Assembly: GCA_051294905.1 (NCBI GenBank)
Contig: CM119371.1
Location: forward strand, 20,214,001 to 20,278,000
Length of the DNA stretch: 64,000 bases
Direction: 5' to 3'
Source: Botryllus schlosseri
Lineage: Eukaryota
Part shown: in pieces, positions 12,888 to 26,065 of the stretch
Layout: each line of letters starts with the position of its first letter
Numbering within the stretch: the stretch's first letter is position 1
Position numbers and translations under genes: made by a program
The notes under the pieces: model-generated
The model's database searches: none
What the model saw: the letters and a program-made list of their open reading frames with translations, nothing else
What the model was told of the DNA's origin: nothing

Positions 12888-14255
12888 AAGGGACTGGCAA
12901 CATACGGCCCGCAACAAGATTTTTTCCGGCCCGCGGACAGTTTCCCGCCTTACATAATAATGTGGCCCGCGGACCCAGTCTGCCAAGATTCCCCCCTACT
13001 TGCCTAAATGTCAAATTTTAGTGACTTTATGTTATTATATAGGTGTGCGCACTGTGCAGCGTGCGAGAGTGGAGCTTACGCGTAAGTTCGTCGAAGCGAG
13101 AAGACTTGCATTATCGGCATTTACGATGTGCTGAACCCTAATATATTGATTATTGGTAAATTTTGGGTACCGGGCTGATCAAACGCTTTGAAATCTTAAT
13201 TAAGGATTGCACCGTGAGTTATTTGATCAGAGAGAAGCAGACACGGTGGCGCCTGTATGATAATGCTATTCTCAAATCAACATTGTATAGCAGGGGCGGG
13301 CAACTTCTCCAGCCGACGGACCGGATATAGAAAAATTATGTACTTGACGGGTCGGGTTGCTGAATCGATGCATTATTCGCCCATTTATCCACATATACAA
13401 GGTGTAAATCGCATTTAATGAATGTATTTAGTGACAGCAATGTCACTTCAAATCCATTTCTCGCCGATAATGACGAAGACAATGTGAATTTGACAACAGC
13501 ATTGTCATACAGGCGCCGCCATGTCTGCTTCTCTTTGATCAATCAACACACGCAGCAATCACTAATTAAAATTTCAAGGCGTTCGATAAGCCCAGTACCC
13601 CAAATGTACCAAGATATCAATTCATTAGGGCTGAATAGGTGACGTGATAGCGTCGTTGTTCAACTGTGTGGCCTATTTTATGTCGATATTGAATTCATGC
13701 GGATCGCGGCTTAACTACGACATTTGAAAAGTGGCCCGAGACCCGGCTACGGAATCAAAAATAAGGAATATCGGCCTGGTGTAAATGACCATTGTAGTCG
13801 ACAAACACCATGAATACCACAAACGATATTAGGGTTGAGTACATCGTAAATGCCGATAATGCAACTCTTCCCGTTTCGACGAACTTACGCGTAAGCTCCA
13901 TTCTCGCACGCTGTGCAGTGCGCATACATGTATTGTATATAATAACATACAGTCACTAAAATTTGACGTAGTAAGCAAGTAGCGGGGAATCTCGGCAGAC
14001 TGTAGCCGCGGGTCGCATTATCATATAAGACGGAAAACTGTCCGCGGGCCGTATGTTGCCCGCCCCTGCTGTATAGTCATTATCGGCGAGAAATGGTTTT
14101 GAAGTGACATTGCTGTCGATAAAATACATTCATTGAATACGATTTATTCCTTCTATACATGGGCGAATAATTTATCCATTCAGCAATCCGGCCCATCAAG
14201 TACCTAATTTTCCTATTTCCGGCCCGCCGACTGCTGGAGAAGATGCCCGCCCCTG
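12888..14255. mobile_element. hAT-type MITE carrying an inverted copy of its own family
   Basis: Ends AAGGGACTGGCAAC / GATGCCCGCCCCTG. TSD GTCCATAA (12880-12887) / TTCCATAA (14256-14263). Confidence 0.8.
13291..14068. mobile_element. hAT-type MITE of the same family as 12888-14255, in the opposite orientation
   Basis: TIR CAGGGGCGGGCAAC / GTTGCCCGCCCCTG. TSD TTGTATAG (13283-13290) / CTGTATAG (14069-14076). Confidence 0.88.
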
Positions 14256-15046
14256 TTCCATAAGGATATCATCTCATTCCCGGTACATTGGCATGAGGCA
14301 CATGCAAGTTTGAAGTAAATACTCGCAAAATAATTTATAATATAGACGCACCCATAAAACATCCCAGCTGCAGGCGATCAATACTGCAGCGATCTGCGTG
14401 ATTATTAGTACAGTATTTGGTTGGGGTTAGCGTGGCGAGAATTCCAAACTATATCTATACCCCACTCCCTGATCTATAATCCTAATGCGAGATCGTTTGA
14501 AATATGACCAATAAGATATCTCGGTATGTAAATAGTATAGATGTGCGGACAATGTTTCGGAAGAAATGTAATTATCAATCACATTGAGCATTTAGTTCGT
14601 TGCATCATGATTGCTTGTAAGCTGTCGTCACTCAAGGAATGAGGTAGTTGGAGTAGCCTACATTACCAATTATTGCGTCACATGATAAACTATGCTCGGA
14701 GACGTCGTGTCTAGATTCGAAAGAATATCGGATCAACATTACTGTTGTCATTTTTACATCACAAAATCATGTCATTCCAAGTACTCATAAAACCGTTGCA
14801 CAAGCGTGTATTTGTTCCTACACAGCGTTCAATAGTTCACGTTCACACATAAGAAAAGCGATCGTATTCCGTGAACAACGAACAACGTACGCTTCATGAA
14901 GCTTGCACAGATCACGATAAAATGTATAAAACACCAAGTATGGAAGTATGGAAATGGCGTTCCATACCATAGATTAAAATCTTCCATTCCATACCATACT
15001 TGACTTGTTCCATATTCCATACCAAAATATCGATCCATACCATACC

Positions 15047-15560
15047 TAGGGCTGGGCAAAATCGAGTACCTGAGTGATTCGATTCTGAATCACGTATTAT
15101 GCTTCGAGTCGAGTCGAGTATTCGAGTATCACTCATTATGACGTCATAACAAAATGTAATATGTCAAAGTTCAAATATGTACCTTTTGTGTCACCACAAA
15201 GAATATAATGTCTGTTATCCATCACATTAAAGATACTTCAGTATTTCTTCGACCCTACCGACTTCATTGCACTTTGTGACAATTTTGTGGGAGGATCAAT
15301 ACTTCGGAAATGTTTTTCCAGTAACGGTCGTAGCTTTGTACTATATGTTTCGTATGCTGCGATACGGCCAATTAAGGTTTCAAGGTTTCCACAGTGAAAA
15401 AATACTATCGAAATCATAATTCTCGTTGACAAAACAACTTTCAGTAGCGAGGAGCGTATAATTTCAGTACTCGAAAATTCGTCTTTTGCTACTCGACTCG
15501 AATCATCAAAATAATTACTCGATTCAGATTCGAGTACTCGAATCATTGTGCCCAGCCCTA
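15047..15560. mobile_element. hAT-type MITE with CGAGT/GATTC repeats
   Basis: TIR TAGGGCTGGGCA / TGCCCAGCCCTA. Inserted in the CCATA array of element 12515-15602. Confidence 0.82.
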
Positions 15561-16643
15561 CATACCATACTTCCATACCATACCATACCATACCATGCCC
15601 TGATAGTAACTATAGCCTACTTATCACGACTATATCAAAACCCCGATTAGGCTACACCGCTCAAATGCTCTGATATCAGATCAATCTTAAGTAGATTTTA
15701 AAATATTATACATAAAATTGTGGCACGACAAAGGTTCACTAGCTGCAACATTATAACCCGACAGTTTGACGATGTCATGATCAATGATCCCTTTAATTTT
15801 TGACACATCTGCACAGACTTGCCAACTAACTGCGCAGAGCCTTGGACTACAGTGCGTAACGACTAAAATAAGAGGTCATCAGTTCGGATTTTTTGTGCGC
15901 AACTCAGATTTTCTGTACGCAGAGACCTTGTCAGCGATGCGCATTTGCCTTCGTGCGCAGCTTAGAGGGAGCATTGGTCATGATGCACCTCTCGAAAGAT
16001 GTCTATCACGCATTATTTGAACAAATATTGCCCGGCATAAAATCAATTTTATTCAAATATTTGAAAATGTGAAATCAAGCGTGAATAGTACATAGTAAAT
16101 TACATATTCACGATGTTTCTGGAATGGCTGTCATCAAGCTCCCGTCAAATAAGGCCTATATTGGAAATTCTGCGTTGAATATCCCTATTATTGGGGGTGC
16201 GGCCAGCGGCGTCATTAAAACTAAGAAATTGGCCCGCGAGCCCGTTTGAGTTTGAGACCTCTGGTAAAGAGGCTTAGCTGATACAGCAGTTAATAATAAC
16301 CGAGCTACCGAAGAGCAGAAATGGTCTCATTTCCGAATCCATCCGACTCCGGCTGGCCATTTGAAATTCGGTAACCGAAAATATATGGAAGAAGTGTTCG
16401 AAATTTAGAGTCCGGAAAAAAAGACAAACTAAATCATACTAATTGCTGATACTTCATTGCAGGGGCGGGAAACATACGGCCTGCGGGCCGGATCTGGCCC
16501 GCGACGGGATTTCGAGCGGCCCCCGGCCACAGTCTGCCGCAATTTCCCTTTACTTGCTTGCTACGTCAAATTAGAGTGACTCGTCTAGTTAATACTTTAG
16601 TTCTTTGTTTTATTGTTGTTCTTAGTTTTTTTGTTCTTGGATC

Positions 16644-16765
16644 TTAGTTGATGTCCTTGAACACATTGATGAATTGAACCATGAACACCAGATTTCAAGG
16701 GAAGAGTACTTTGCTCACGAAATCTTCTCAACAGTAAAGGCATTCAGGGCAAAGCTAAGACTGTC
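16644..16765 (+). pseudogene. Fragment of a Buster/GTF2IRD2-like hAT transposase
   Basis: LVDVLEHIDELN…FAHEIFSTVKAFRAKLRL resembles the conserved LVDI..HLNELN.KLQG…EM…VKAF..KL.LW segment. Lies downstream of a hAT left end at ~16459. Confidence 0.6.
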
Positions 16766-17339
16766 GGGTCTACATGCATATTCGAGCAAACATGAACATT
16801 ACCAATACAAAGCACTTGATGAGCGTAAAGTGGGGTTCGTGGGTCAGTGCCAGTTACAAATGAACAGGTATCGGGGTATATGTTTACTCAATATCAAAGC
16901 GATAAGGCATAATGAGACGTAATGAACATATTTGAGGATGCCGAATGACCAATTGCTGCTGCAGTTGCGGTCTCTTAAACGGGCGTCCACCTCGGAACAG
17001 TGTCCGATCTCGCAGTTCTTTCTTTGATTTTTGTCTCTTTCGCGAATCACTGTTTGTTGTTTCCATTCCTTGAAAGTGCACTCTTTCATCTGGGGTGCTT
17101 TTTGTTGCCGTAAGAACAGCGACATGGGAGAAGCGGAGCCTAGAATAGCCGCTGTTTGCTAATAAACCCAATTAGGAACCCGGACCGCCGGGTGGCAGAC
17201 GCTTATCGCCACCACTACGTAAAGGACAAACGTGCATGTCATTTAATTACCTTTGACTGAAAGATTTTGACTGACGCTCCTCAAAGTTAGCGCTTCATGA
17301 AAATCTGAAGCCGAGACATTACTTGATTCTTTAAATATT

Positions 17340-17500
17340 GTGTTAAAAACGCGAGACGTTCTGAAACTGCACAAATGACGACTCAAAGCATAGCCTACGG
17401 GACCTATCATCTGGAATGCATTACAACCACATATACGTGAATTGCCTACAGTACAGCTAAGAAACGGATAAAAGAATATTGATATCGAGCTGCAATGTAG
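17340..17500 (+). mobile_element. Decayed 3' fragment of a CR1/L2-type LINE ORF2
   Basis: With frameshifts it reads SIAY.GPIIWNALQPHIRELPTVQL.KRIKEY, a typical C-terminal G..IWN.LP motif. Confidence 0.5.
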
Positions 17501-18620
17501 GGGGGGGGGGGGTACAGAGCAGGGATATGGAGTTGGAGTCGGCGTCGGAGTTTGGCTAATTTTCGCCTGATGGAGTCGGAGTCGTGAAAACTGTAGTGGC
17601 AGGAGTCGGAGTCGGAGTCGTGGAAAAAATACTGACTGGAGTCGGAGTTTGTGAAAGTGACCCTGATTTCGACTCCGACTCCGACCCCAACTTCTTTATC
17701 ATGAAAACAATTGCTTTCAAAAGTATCTTTGAATTACTATAGTAATAACAACTGTAATAGGATTTTTATGTACCATCAATCACTGTCCGTCTGCAATTCT
17801 TGGTTTCCAGATCAGTACTACGAACCATCTACTTCTTTCTTTTCCACTCTCACCTGAGGTCGACTTCAGAATTCCGATACCTAAATGTTGAAGGTTTACC
17901 TAGGCTCCTCATGGCCATCTCATCCGCGTAAGCGGTGTCTAACAAAAAGCCTAGAGGTGGGCTGTCCTATAAGTTGGCAGTTACGTAAAATAATGAACAA
18001 TATCGGCCTGGTGTAAATGACCATAGTAGTCGACAAACACCATGAATACCACATCCAAACAAACTGTGCCGGTGCCGACCATTTTAACAACCGGACGTAT
18101 AAGTATCCAAGGTTTTACCAACCGGTGACGGTCATTTTGGCTTCATGTCCGCACATCTTCCTGACTCCGCATTTTGCTCAGTAATGTGATGGCCTAATTT
18201 TCATGTTTTCATGTGTTCCGGTGTGGAAAGGGTTGGCCTCAAAATACCTCTGTCATACAGTCCCGTACCCGATTGTTTCACACCTCTACATTGAAGCCTC
18301 CAAGCGATATCCTACAGTGTTTTACAGACAAACCAATGTCTGACAAATCTTATCTTGAATTCGAGCCGATCTGTGTAATACAAATGTCGATAAATTTTCA
18401 TGATATAGCCATATTGTAGTAACAAGATTTTTGCGTGTCTCGCTTACTGGATATAGTACCCGACACAGCGAACTCGGACGCAGACAAATCAACCACAGGT
18501 AATCGCGCGAAGAATTTTTTTATTGCACTAAATCTATTTGCCATATACATATTAAAAGATTGATCTGGTGCCGCCGCCACACAAAATTATACCCTTCGCG
18601 ACCCATGTTTTGGTCGCAAC

Positions 18621-20197
18621 CAGAGTTGGATCAATTACAATATTTCAGTTCAATTACAATTACAATTACAATTACTTCCTTGCATGTTTCAATTACATTA
18701 CAATTACAATTACTCAATGCTAAAAATATCAAATTACAATTAAAGTTACAATAATTACTGTTAAACATGTAATTGACTCGGTGGAGAGGTGTTCTTTGAC
18801 AATCGCAGCCACGTAATTAGCAACAATCTGAATCTATTCATGTTTCATTCATGATACGTAGAATATCCTTCAATTAAAAAAAAATCTCGAACGTGTTCGA
18901 ACTATTCCTAATCATGAGTACTGAAAACTACAAACACAGAAAAATGCTTCAAGTGACTGCTAACAACCAGAAGTTTGAGCGACTAACAGCGAATAGTCTA
19001 CAGGACAGTTAATGAAATGCAATCAAACGATTAGGCTACACAGAGCTGAGTGAGGATAATGAAATGTAATTGGTAAGCGATAAGGATGATACCGATAAGG
19101 TATGTAAAATTAAAATAAATGCAGCAGGAAAGAACCTTCTGATAACTACGAATTGCAACATTTAGGTTCGCATTGACATTTTCACTTGCTCGGAAACTGT
19201 TAGATTGCATTTGATGAACTTTAGAGTGCGAAAAGTTTCTGGCCCCAGTAAATTTGGCCGAGATTGGAAGTAAAATTGGGATAACATCTCTACAAATGCG
19301 TGATCAAGTTTGATAAAACCTTGATTGGAAACTTGAATTTCTTTTTGCAATTGTTGCAGCAAGCCTCGGTACTGGTCATAGATTTAAAAGAAAAACTCTG
19401 ACCGTGGCGTAGGAAATGGTTCAGCACAGGTTTCAGAAGAGTTTATTTGCTGTTCATCCATTTTTGAAATATTAAGATTTAGTTTAGCCCACTAGTTCTT
19501 CAACTTTTTTAGACACTCCCCTCTTTATGACAGTGAAATATTTCGTGCCCCCCTTATCGTCACAGCACACAATGAAACCAGAATGTTAGCAATCCTTACA
19601 GATAGTTTGATGGTATGGAAGGTTATGTCTGTTGATGAGATAATTCTCCAATAGGAAATGTGGACTATACACAGAGCAATAACTATGAAATGGAGGTGAA
19701 CCGCGCCAAGCGCGGAAAAAATTTCAGTTTAACGGAGCTTCGCGCCCCCCTTCAGATGCTTTCACGTCGCCCAAGGGGGAACGTCCCCCAGTTTGAGAAC
19801 CACTGGGCTAGCCTATAATAGTAATTCTCAAAGTTTTCTGTTGCTGCTGAAGTATGGGAAACAGTTTATCATGGCTGAATTATCTAGTTATAACACGGCA
19901 CGCATAGAACACTGATGTAAATAGGCTAACTATTACAGGTGGCGACTGTGTACCAAGGCCTTAAGGCCTTGCGGGTTGCGGCCCATCGTCCTCATCCTGG
20001 TCCGTACCGGATTTTCACTGGTGTGACGAATAAATGATTGATTGATTATTATTTTATGTTGTGATTGTCAGGTTTCCATAACAGTGTAATTGAAATTGTA
20101 TTTGAGCAAAATTTTTATCAAATTACAATTACAATTACATGGAATTGTGTATTAATTACATTCAGGTCAAGTACAAATTAGAATTGTTCCAACTCTG
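18621..20197. mobile_element. hAT-type MITE with (CAATTA)n subterminal repeats
   Basis: TIR CAGAGTTGGA / TCCAACTCTG. TSD GTCGCAAC at 18613-18620 and 20198-20205. Mirror copy at 40282-41833. Confidence 0.9.
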
Positions 20198-20303
20198 GTC
20201 GCAACCCATACTTTAAGAACCCCTGGTGTACGACAAGCTGATTGATACGGTATGTAAAAATCCTCCTACGTGTATAGCATTTTAAAAACATGGCATTACT
20301 CCC

Positions 20304-21260
20304 TTGGAATACCTCACTGAGGAACTGTGTTCTGATCGCTATAGGCTTACGAAAGCCGGTGTTAGTGGATTTATGGAGGTCCTACAGTGTGACCTTACCA
20401 ACCCATCCAACAAAGGTCTGCCCCTGCCCCTGTTGTTAAAGTTCCTTGTTGTTTTGCGCTCTTACGCCGCAGGAGAGAGAGATATGATTTTTTTTTCGCC
20501 TGTACCATCGAGATGCTTTGACGACGGAGTTGCGATACGGCCCTGAGGTCATCTAGTCTGCGTCCCCGTTTTTTTTTCCTCCTCCATGATATCCGTCATT
20601 GCTGAGCGCCTAGCAGGATAGCTGCGGATACCAATTTTCGAGTCTTTGGTGTGACCCGGCCGGGGATAGAACCCACGACCTACCTATCGAGAAGCCGGAC
20701 GCATAACCATTACAGTATCTCGCAGGAATCTTTCAAGTTGTTGCTAGGGAACTGGTACATGAACCTGGGCAGTATTGCCATAGCTCATAAAAGCTCAAAA
20801 TACATCAAATTCCCACAAGGTGAAGTCGCAGCCAATGGGGCCACACGATTTTACGACTAATAGCTGCTGAACGTCGATATAACAAGGTTCAAATATCCTC
20901 CAGAATACCTATAGAACGGGCTTTTTGGAGTGTGGAAGAGCGTGTTTCCCTGCTTATCAAGGGATCGTCTACGGATAAGTGTCGACACAGCAATGGCTGT
21001 GATTGTTGCAACAGCAGTGTTATACAACTATGCCAGAAAACACAGGTAATATATTTCTTGATTTTTTTTAATATCAAGCGCTTAACTCCCTTCAAATTTA
21101 GGTGGATTATCAACAATGAAACTGATGTCCCTGTCATCCCGCAAGAAGTTGTAGAGGCATCAAGAGATGTACGAGGATCCCTGAGAGGCCTACCTAGCTC
21201 GGAGACGCCGGATCGTAGAAACCCACTTTACGAATGCAATATAATTTGTTATCATAAATA
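20304..21260 (+). pseudogene. PIF/Harbinger (HARBI1-like) transposase pseudogene, left-arm copy
   Basis: Reads DRYRLTKAGV…LTNPSNKGLPLP…VVLRSYAAG|[SINE]|IFQ, then KYIKFP…FYD, YNKVQISSRIPIERAF and MAVIVATAVLYNYARKH. The DDE core is missing and the 5' part is deleted relative to the right-arm copy. Confidence 0.8.
20475..20720 (-). mobile_element. tRNA-derived SINE
   Basis: Minus strand has an A-box-like TGTAATGG and a B-box-like GGGTTCTATCCC, plus a (CT)n tail. TSD CGCAGGA at 20468-20474 and 20721-20727. Confidence 0.82.
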
Positions 21261-21508
21261 AAATAACTGCGGTGTAACTTGTATGGAAGAGCACAGAAAG
21301 AAATGAAGTGGAACAGTACCTATCAATAATGCACAGTTACATAGACATAGCGAAAAAAAACATTAATATCGCGGTGCGGTGTTGCAAGTCAAGGCTTATG
21401 CAGTTAAATGGGCACAGCAAAAGAAACGTATTTAGGTCTTGGTGCTGCAATTAGAGGCATAGTAACTATCAATAATGGGAATAGCACAAAAGAATATTTG
21501 CATCTCGG

Positions 21509-22355
21509 CAGTGTTGGGAGCAAGTCACTACTTTCGAGTCACGAGTCATTTCGAGTCATTGCACATTTTGACTCGAGTCAAGTCAAGTCCCTCGATTTTC
21601 GAAAGTGAATCGCGTCAAGTCAAGTCACTCGTTTTTTGGAGGTGACTCGAGTCAAGTCACAATTCAAGTCAGATTGAATTTTCGAAGCATGAGTGATGAT
21701 TCAAAGTCATTACAGGTTGCTAGATGGGTGAAAAACAGATGTATTGGTCATATATCTTGAATCAAATAACGAGTATAAAGTCAAATATACATGCAAAAAG
21801 GCGCTGTATCGCTCACGCAGACGCAGAGCATCTAATAAAATACGTGAGCCAAAATGGAGGATAGAATACGAAGCGTCGATAAGTTTAAACAAATTGATAT
21901 GGTACAATACACTACCCATCTACTCATCCGTGAGAATATAAACGCATAAACTATATTCGTTCGATTCAAATCATACAAGAGGTTTGGTTGTAAGCGCTGA
22001 GCCGTCTAAGAAACAGAGATCCGTTGCTGTTGGATCATTCTACTGCTAGACATAAACAGTAAGCTGTCATCATTTCGTTTTCGGTGAGTTTATTTGTGAT
22101 GTAACAAGGAGGGATCAGTGAAAGGTACAATCAGTAAATGACTGGTTGCTGACACAAGTGACACCGGTGTATCGTGAATATTCCGAACATGAACAAGATA
22201 CACCGTTTACTTGATGACTTGAAATTAACTTGTAAATTTTGCTCCCAGTCACGAGTCAATCCACATTTTTGAAGCGCCGAGTCAAGTCGAGTCAAGTCAT
22301 TTTTGCAAAGTGATTCGAGTCAAGTCAAGTTATACAAAAAAGTTGACTCGAGTCA
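21509..22355. mobile_element. hAT-type MITE with (AGTCA/GAGTC)n arrays, right end truncated
   Basis: Starts CAGTGTTGGGAGCAAGTCAC. Arrays at 21535-21670 and 22245-22355. Homologous to 1821-2395. Confidence 0.75.
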
Positions 22356-22736
22356 TTTCAAAGCCATTTCTCGCCGATAATGATGGAGACAATGTGAATT
22401 TAAGATTTATTTAAGATTTCAAGGCGTTCAATAAGCCCGGTATCCCAAATTTACGAAGATATCAATTCATTAGCGTTGAGTACATCGTAAATGCCGATAA
22501 TGCAAGTCTTCTCACTTCTACGAACTTACGCGTGAGCTCCACTCTCGCACGCATTCTCGGTAATGGTATAGATAGAACCCCCGCGGCCCTAGTCTGCCGA
22601 GATTCCCCACTACTTGCTTACTACGTCAAATTTTAGCGGCTGTATTTGCGTGTGTGCACAGCGTGCGTGAGAGGCGCTTACGCGTAAGTAAGTAGAAGCG
22701 AGAAGACTTGCATTGTCGGAATTTATGGTTCTATAC

Positions 22737-24198
22737 CAGTGGTCGGGAACCTATGGCTCGCGAGCCATATATGGCTCTTTTGGGCATAAAGTATGGCTCT
22801 TTGCGAAAATTCTAATTTTGTGCATAATTTATCAATATTGCAGCAACTTGTTAATAAATCTTCAGCACAACAAGCATAATTATTCTTGTGGCAGTATAAA
22901 CATGTCTTTGAGAGGTGTGGCGTATTCAGGGTTAGGGGCTCGGAACCGTTTCAAAATCCTCAAATCTAAGTTGCTGTCTCGCCTGCGCCACGAAATCTCG
23001 GATTGCACGATGCGGTAATTGCTCAATGAGAATAGCAGACAAGGCGACGCCTGTATGACAATGCAGTTTTCAAATACTCATTGTCTTCCTGATCTACGGC
23101 GAGAAATGAACTCCGTGGAAGTGACATTCACAATTACGAATTCAAATTACAAACAACGCCATAGTGATCCACGTTCTTGATTGACAACGTAGCTTTGTAG
23201 TTGCTGTTCCAATGTAGGCGTGTGGCACAACGTTGTGTTACCGCCGAATACTTTGAGAATTGAGAAATCGAATCGGAATCGGTGCAGCAATTACATTCAA
23301 TTATTACACAGGTCAACAGAACGAAAAAATAGGCAGAACATCTAAGAGCCGTTTCTGGGGTTTTCGAGGTTGCTGATTACGAATATCACATTAGTGATTA
23401 GAGATAGGCTCTTGTACCCCTAAAAAAGTCCAAAATTACTATATTTACCATTGAATATTTTATTTGGCAAGTATTTACCATCGAATATTTTACTTGGCAA
23501 GAAGAAAATCGTAGTTTTTTTTATAGGTTTATTTATACTGCCCTTCAATAGATAATAATCGACTATGAAGAACCCTCATGTCGTCCCCATCGGTTATCTC
23601 CAAAAAAAGAGCCGATTTGAAAAAACTAAGGTCATTTTCGGAATCAGCGCCCTTCAGAACCACCAAACCCACTCTTACTTTGTATGCCCAAAAATATGTG
23701 TTTACCAGTGTTATCAGTTATTATAAATTTTATGATGTTTACGATGAACTGCGCTATGCTAATCCCGGCCGTGCCTCACCTATGCCTTACCTCCCCTTTC
23801 ACGCTATATTTTCGAACAATAAATAGGCAAGTTGCGTGATTCTCGTAGTAAAAATGTTCAAAATCTAGTAGACAGGTAAGGCACTGCCTCACGTGCTTCC
23901 CCTGAAACCACGTCACTGACGAATCGCACATTACGGTGGGTATGCATGCTGCTGTGTAGTGACCATCATGTTTGGCTCCGCCTACTTATGCCCCCATGGG
24001 TCCTCGCATTTATGAATATCGTCAAGACGAACCTACGATCTCGTATAACTGACGAAAGTCGACGAATTTTCGCTACCATGACGTCACTATTTTTCAATTG
24101 TGACGTATTAGTTGATTAAAATGTATGGCTCTTTGGAAGTTAAGATGGAAACTAGGGGACAATATGGCTCTTCGGACAAGAAAGGTTCCCGACCACTG
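22737..24198. mobile_element. hAT-type MITE present only in the left arm
   Basis: TIR CAGTGGTCGGGAACC / GGTTCCCGACCACTG. TSD TTCTATAC at 22729-22736 and 24199-24206. Single-copy empty site at 37354-37361. Confidence 0.93.
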
Positions 24199-26065
24199 TT
24201 CTATACCAATACCGAGAAAACTATTACCGGGAATTGACATTACCGAGAACAACCAATGCCAAGAATCTAACTTACTGAGAAGGCGTTGTCGAGACATTTA
24301 TATCTGAGATAAGACACCGAATGTGACAAAGCCGTCATGCATATGCACACGGCCTGTAAATATGCATAACTTGCCTGCATTGCATACATTGCATACATTG
24401 CATTCTCGGTAATGTCCATTCTCGATAATGGTTTTCTCGGTATTGACTGAACACCGGCCGGCGGGCCCCATTATAAACCAAGACGGGAACTGTCAGCGGG
24501 CCGGATCCGGCCCGCGGGCTGTATGTTGCCCGCCCCTGATGTATCGTAACATTTCTGACAGTGATGTAGCCATTGAAAGGCGTGGTGACAACGATGCCCT
24601 ACTCAAGTGAAAGTCCTTATAGTTAGGGTTTATATCAGTGGTTCCCAACCTTTTTGACGTCGGGGCTGCATTTCAATCCACAGAGTACGATGGAGCCAAA
24701 GGGGACAAAATTATTTATACAACGCAGCTTACAGTTAAGTTTGCCGCATTCGTGACCACGTCACCTTTTCAGCGCAGAGCTCCTCGAAACATTTTTTTAT
24801 ATATAATGTACACTGTACAGTGATACAGGTATTGACGTTGCCCTCAAAAACAGACAATTTATATACAATTTTTAACGTAATTCTGTCCTTTGTTGCTCCA
24901 CCTACCGTTAAACAAAACTTTGGTAGTTTGGTCAAATATTTCAGGATCGGATCTGATAAATACTATCACTGCCTTTTATAGAACCTGATTAACATCAAAC
25001 GGCATGGAAGCATCTCTATGACCCCAAGACTTTTTTAAATTACAGTGCTAGCCTGGAGTGCAATTAATATCCCATCTCTTCTGCGATATGATTTATTTGA
25101 AATATTGAACGCTAGAAATCGATCGCAATTCCAAATACTTTATCGCTCCTTCCTGCTTCATATCTTCTTTCTACCGGCTTTAAAGAGAAAAATAGCCATG
25201 AAAGGCGTGGTGACAACAGTCCCCCACTCAAGCGAAAGTCATTATAGTTAGAGTTTATATCAGTGGTCCCCAACCTTTTTACCGTCGGGGCTGCATTTCA
25301 ATCCACAGAGTACGATGGAGCCACATCAAAATACTCAAGTACTTAAAATGATGCAATTTAAAGCATAGGCAATGCACATTGCGCATAGACTGCTTTGGAT
25401 ACCATATCGATTGGTTGAGCATTGAAATATACGCAGATTAGCGATTGCTATTCAACGACACAAGGAATGCATATCATTTCTACAACGGAATATATATGTC
25501 GTTATGTGATAGAGCTCGTTCCTTCATCAATATTATAACGCAGAGCTAATGTTTATGTGATGTTATTGATGTGTAATCTGACTCCAGAAGGTTGCGTTGC
25601 GTATCCGTTGCGTGTATCTGTTTCTGACGTACCTCACTATGACGTAACACGCGACATGGAACCAGCCCGATCGAAACGGCACCCTCATTAATGATTACTG
25701 AGCGTATTTTCACGAACACGCTTCACTTAATCCAAAATTTCCTGGGTTGTTCTGGTCGTAGACAATTACAACTATTACAGATGGATAGCCATTATCAATA
25801 CGCATACGTCGAGCCATAAATAACATCTTATACTATCGAATAGCCTGTTCAAAATGCAGATTGAATACATAAAAACGTTTTGCGCAAAATACAATTCGCC
25901 ACGACGTTCGCGTGAATGTGCGCGCCTGAGATAAACCAGCGCCCGTGACCTAAATCAGCGCATCTGCGAGACATCAAATTCATTTGCAGATCTTTTCTCC
26001 TAACATGTGTTGGTTATGCCCATTGTCCATCTATTGGAATACTTATAATCAAAAATTAGTCGCAC

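Larger units (their letters stand above)
12515..15602. mobile_element. hAT-type MITE with (TATGG/CCATA)n subterminal repeats
   Basis: TIR CAGGGCATGGTATGG / CCATACCATGCCCTG. TSD ATAGTAAC at 12507-12514 and 15603-15610. Confidence 0.9.
9221..16263. mobile_element. hAT-type MITE expanded to 7 kb by nested insertions
   Basis: TIR CAGAGGTCTCAAAC / GTTTGAGACCTCTG. TSD GTAAAGAG at 9213-9220 and 16264-16271. Confidence 0.9.

Noticed and set aside
12424..15591. WYGME-rich ORFs as repeat proteins
   Set aside because: Translations of the (TATGG)n subterminal arrays of a MITE.
16844..17171. Overlapping 93-95-aa minus-strand ORFs as a host exon
   Set aside because: No recognisable domain or convincing splice context, and they lie among TE fragments.
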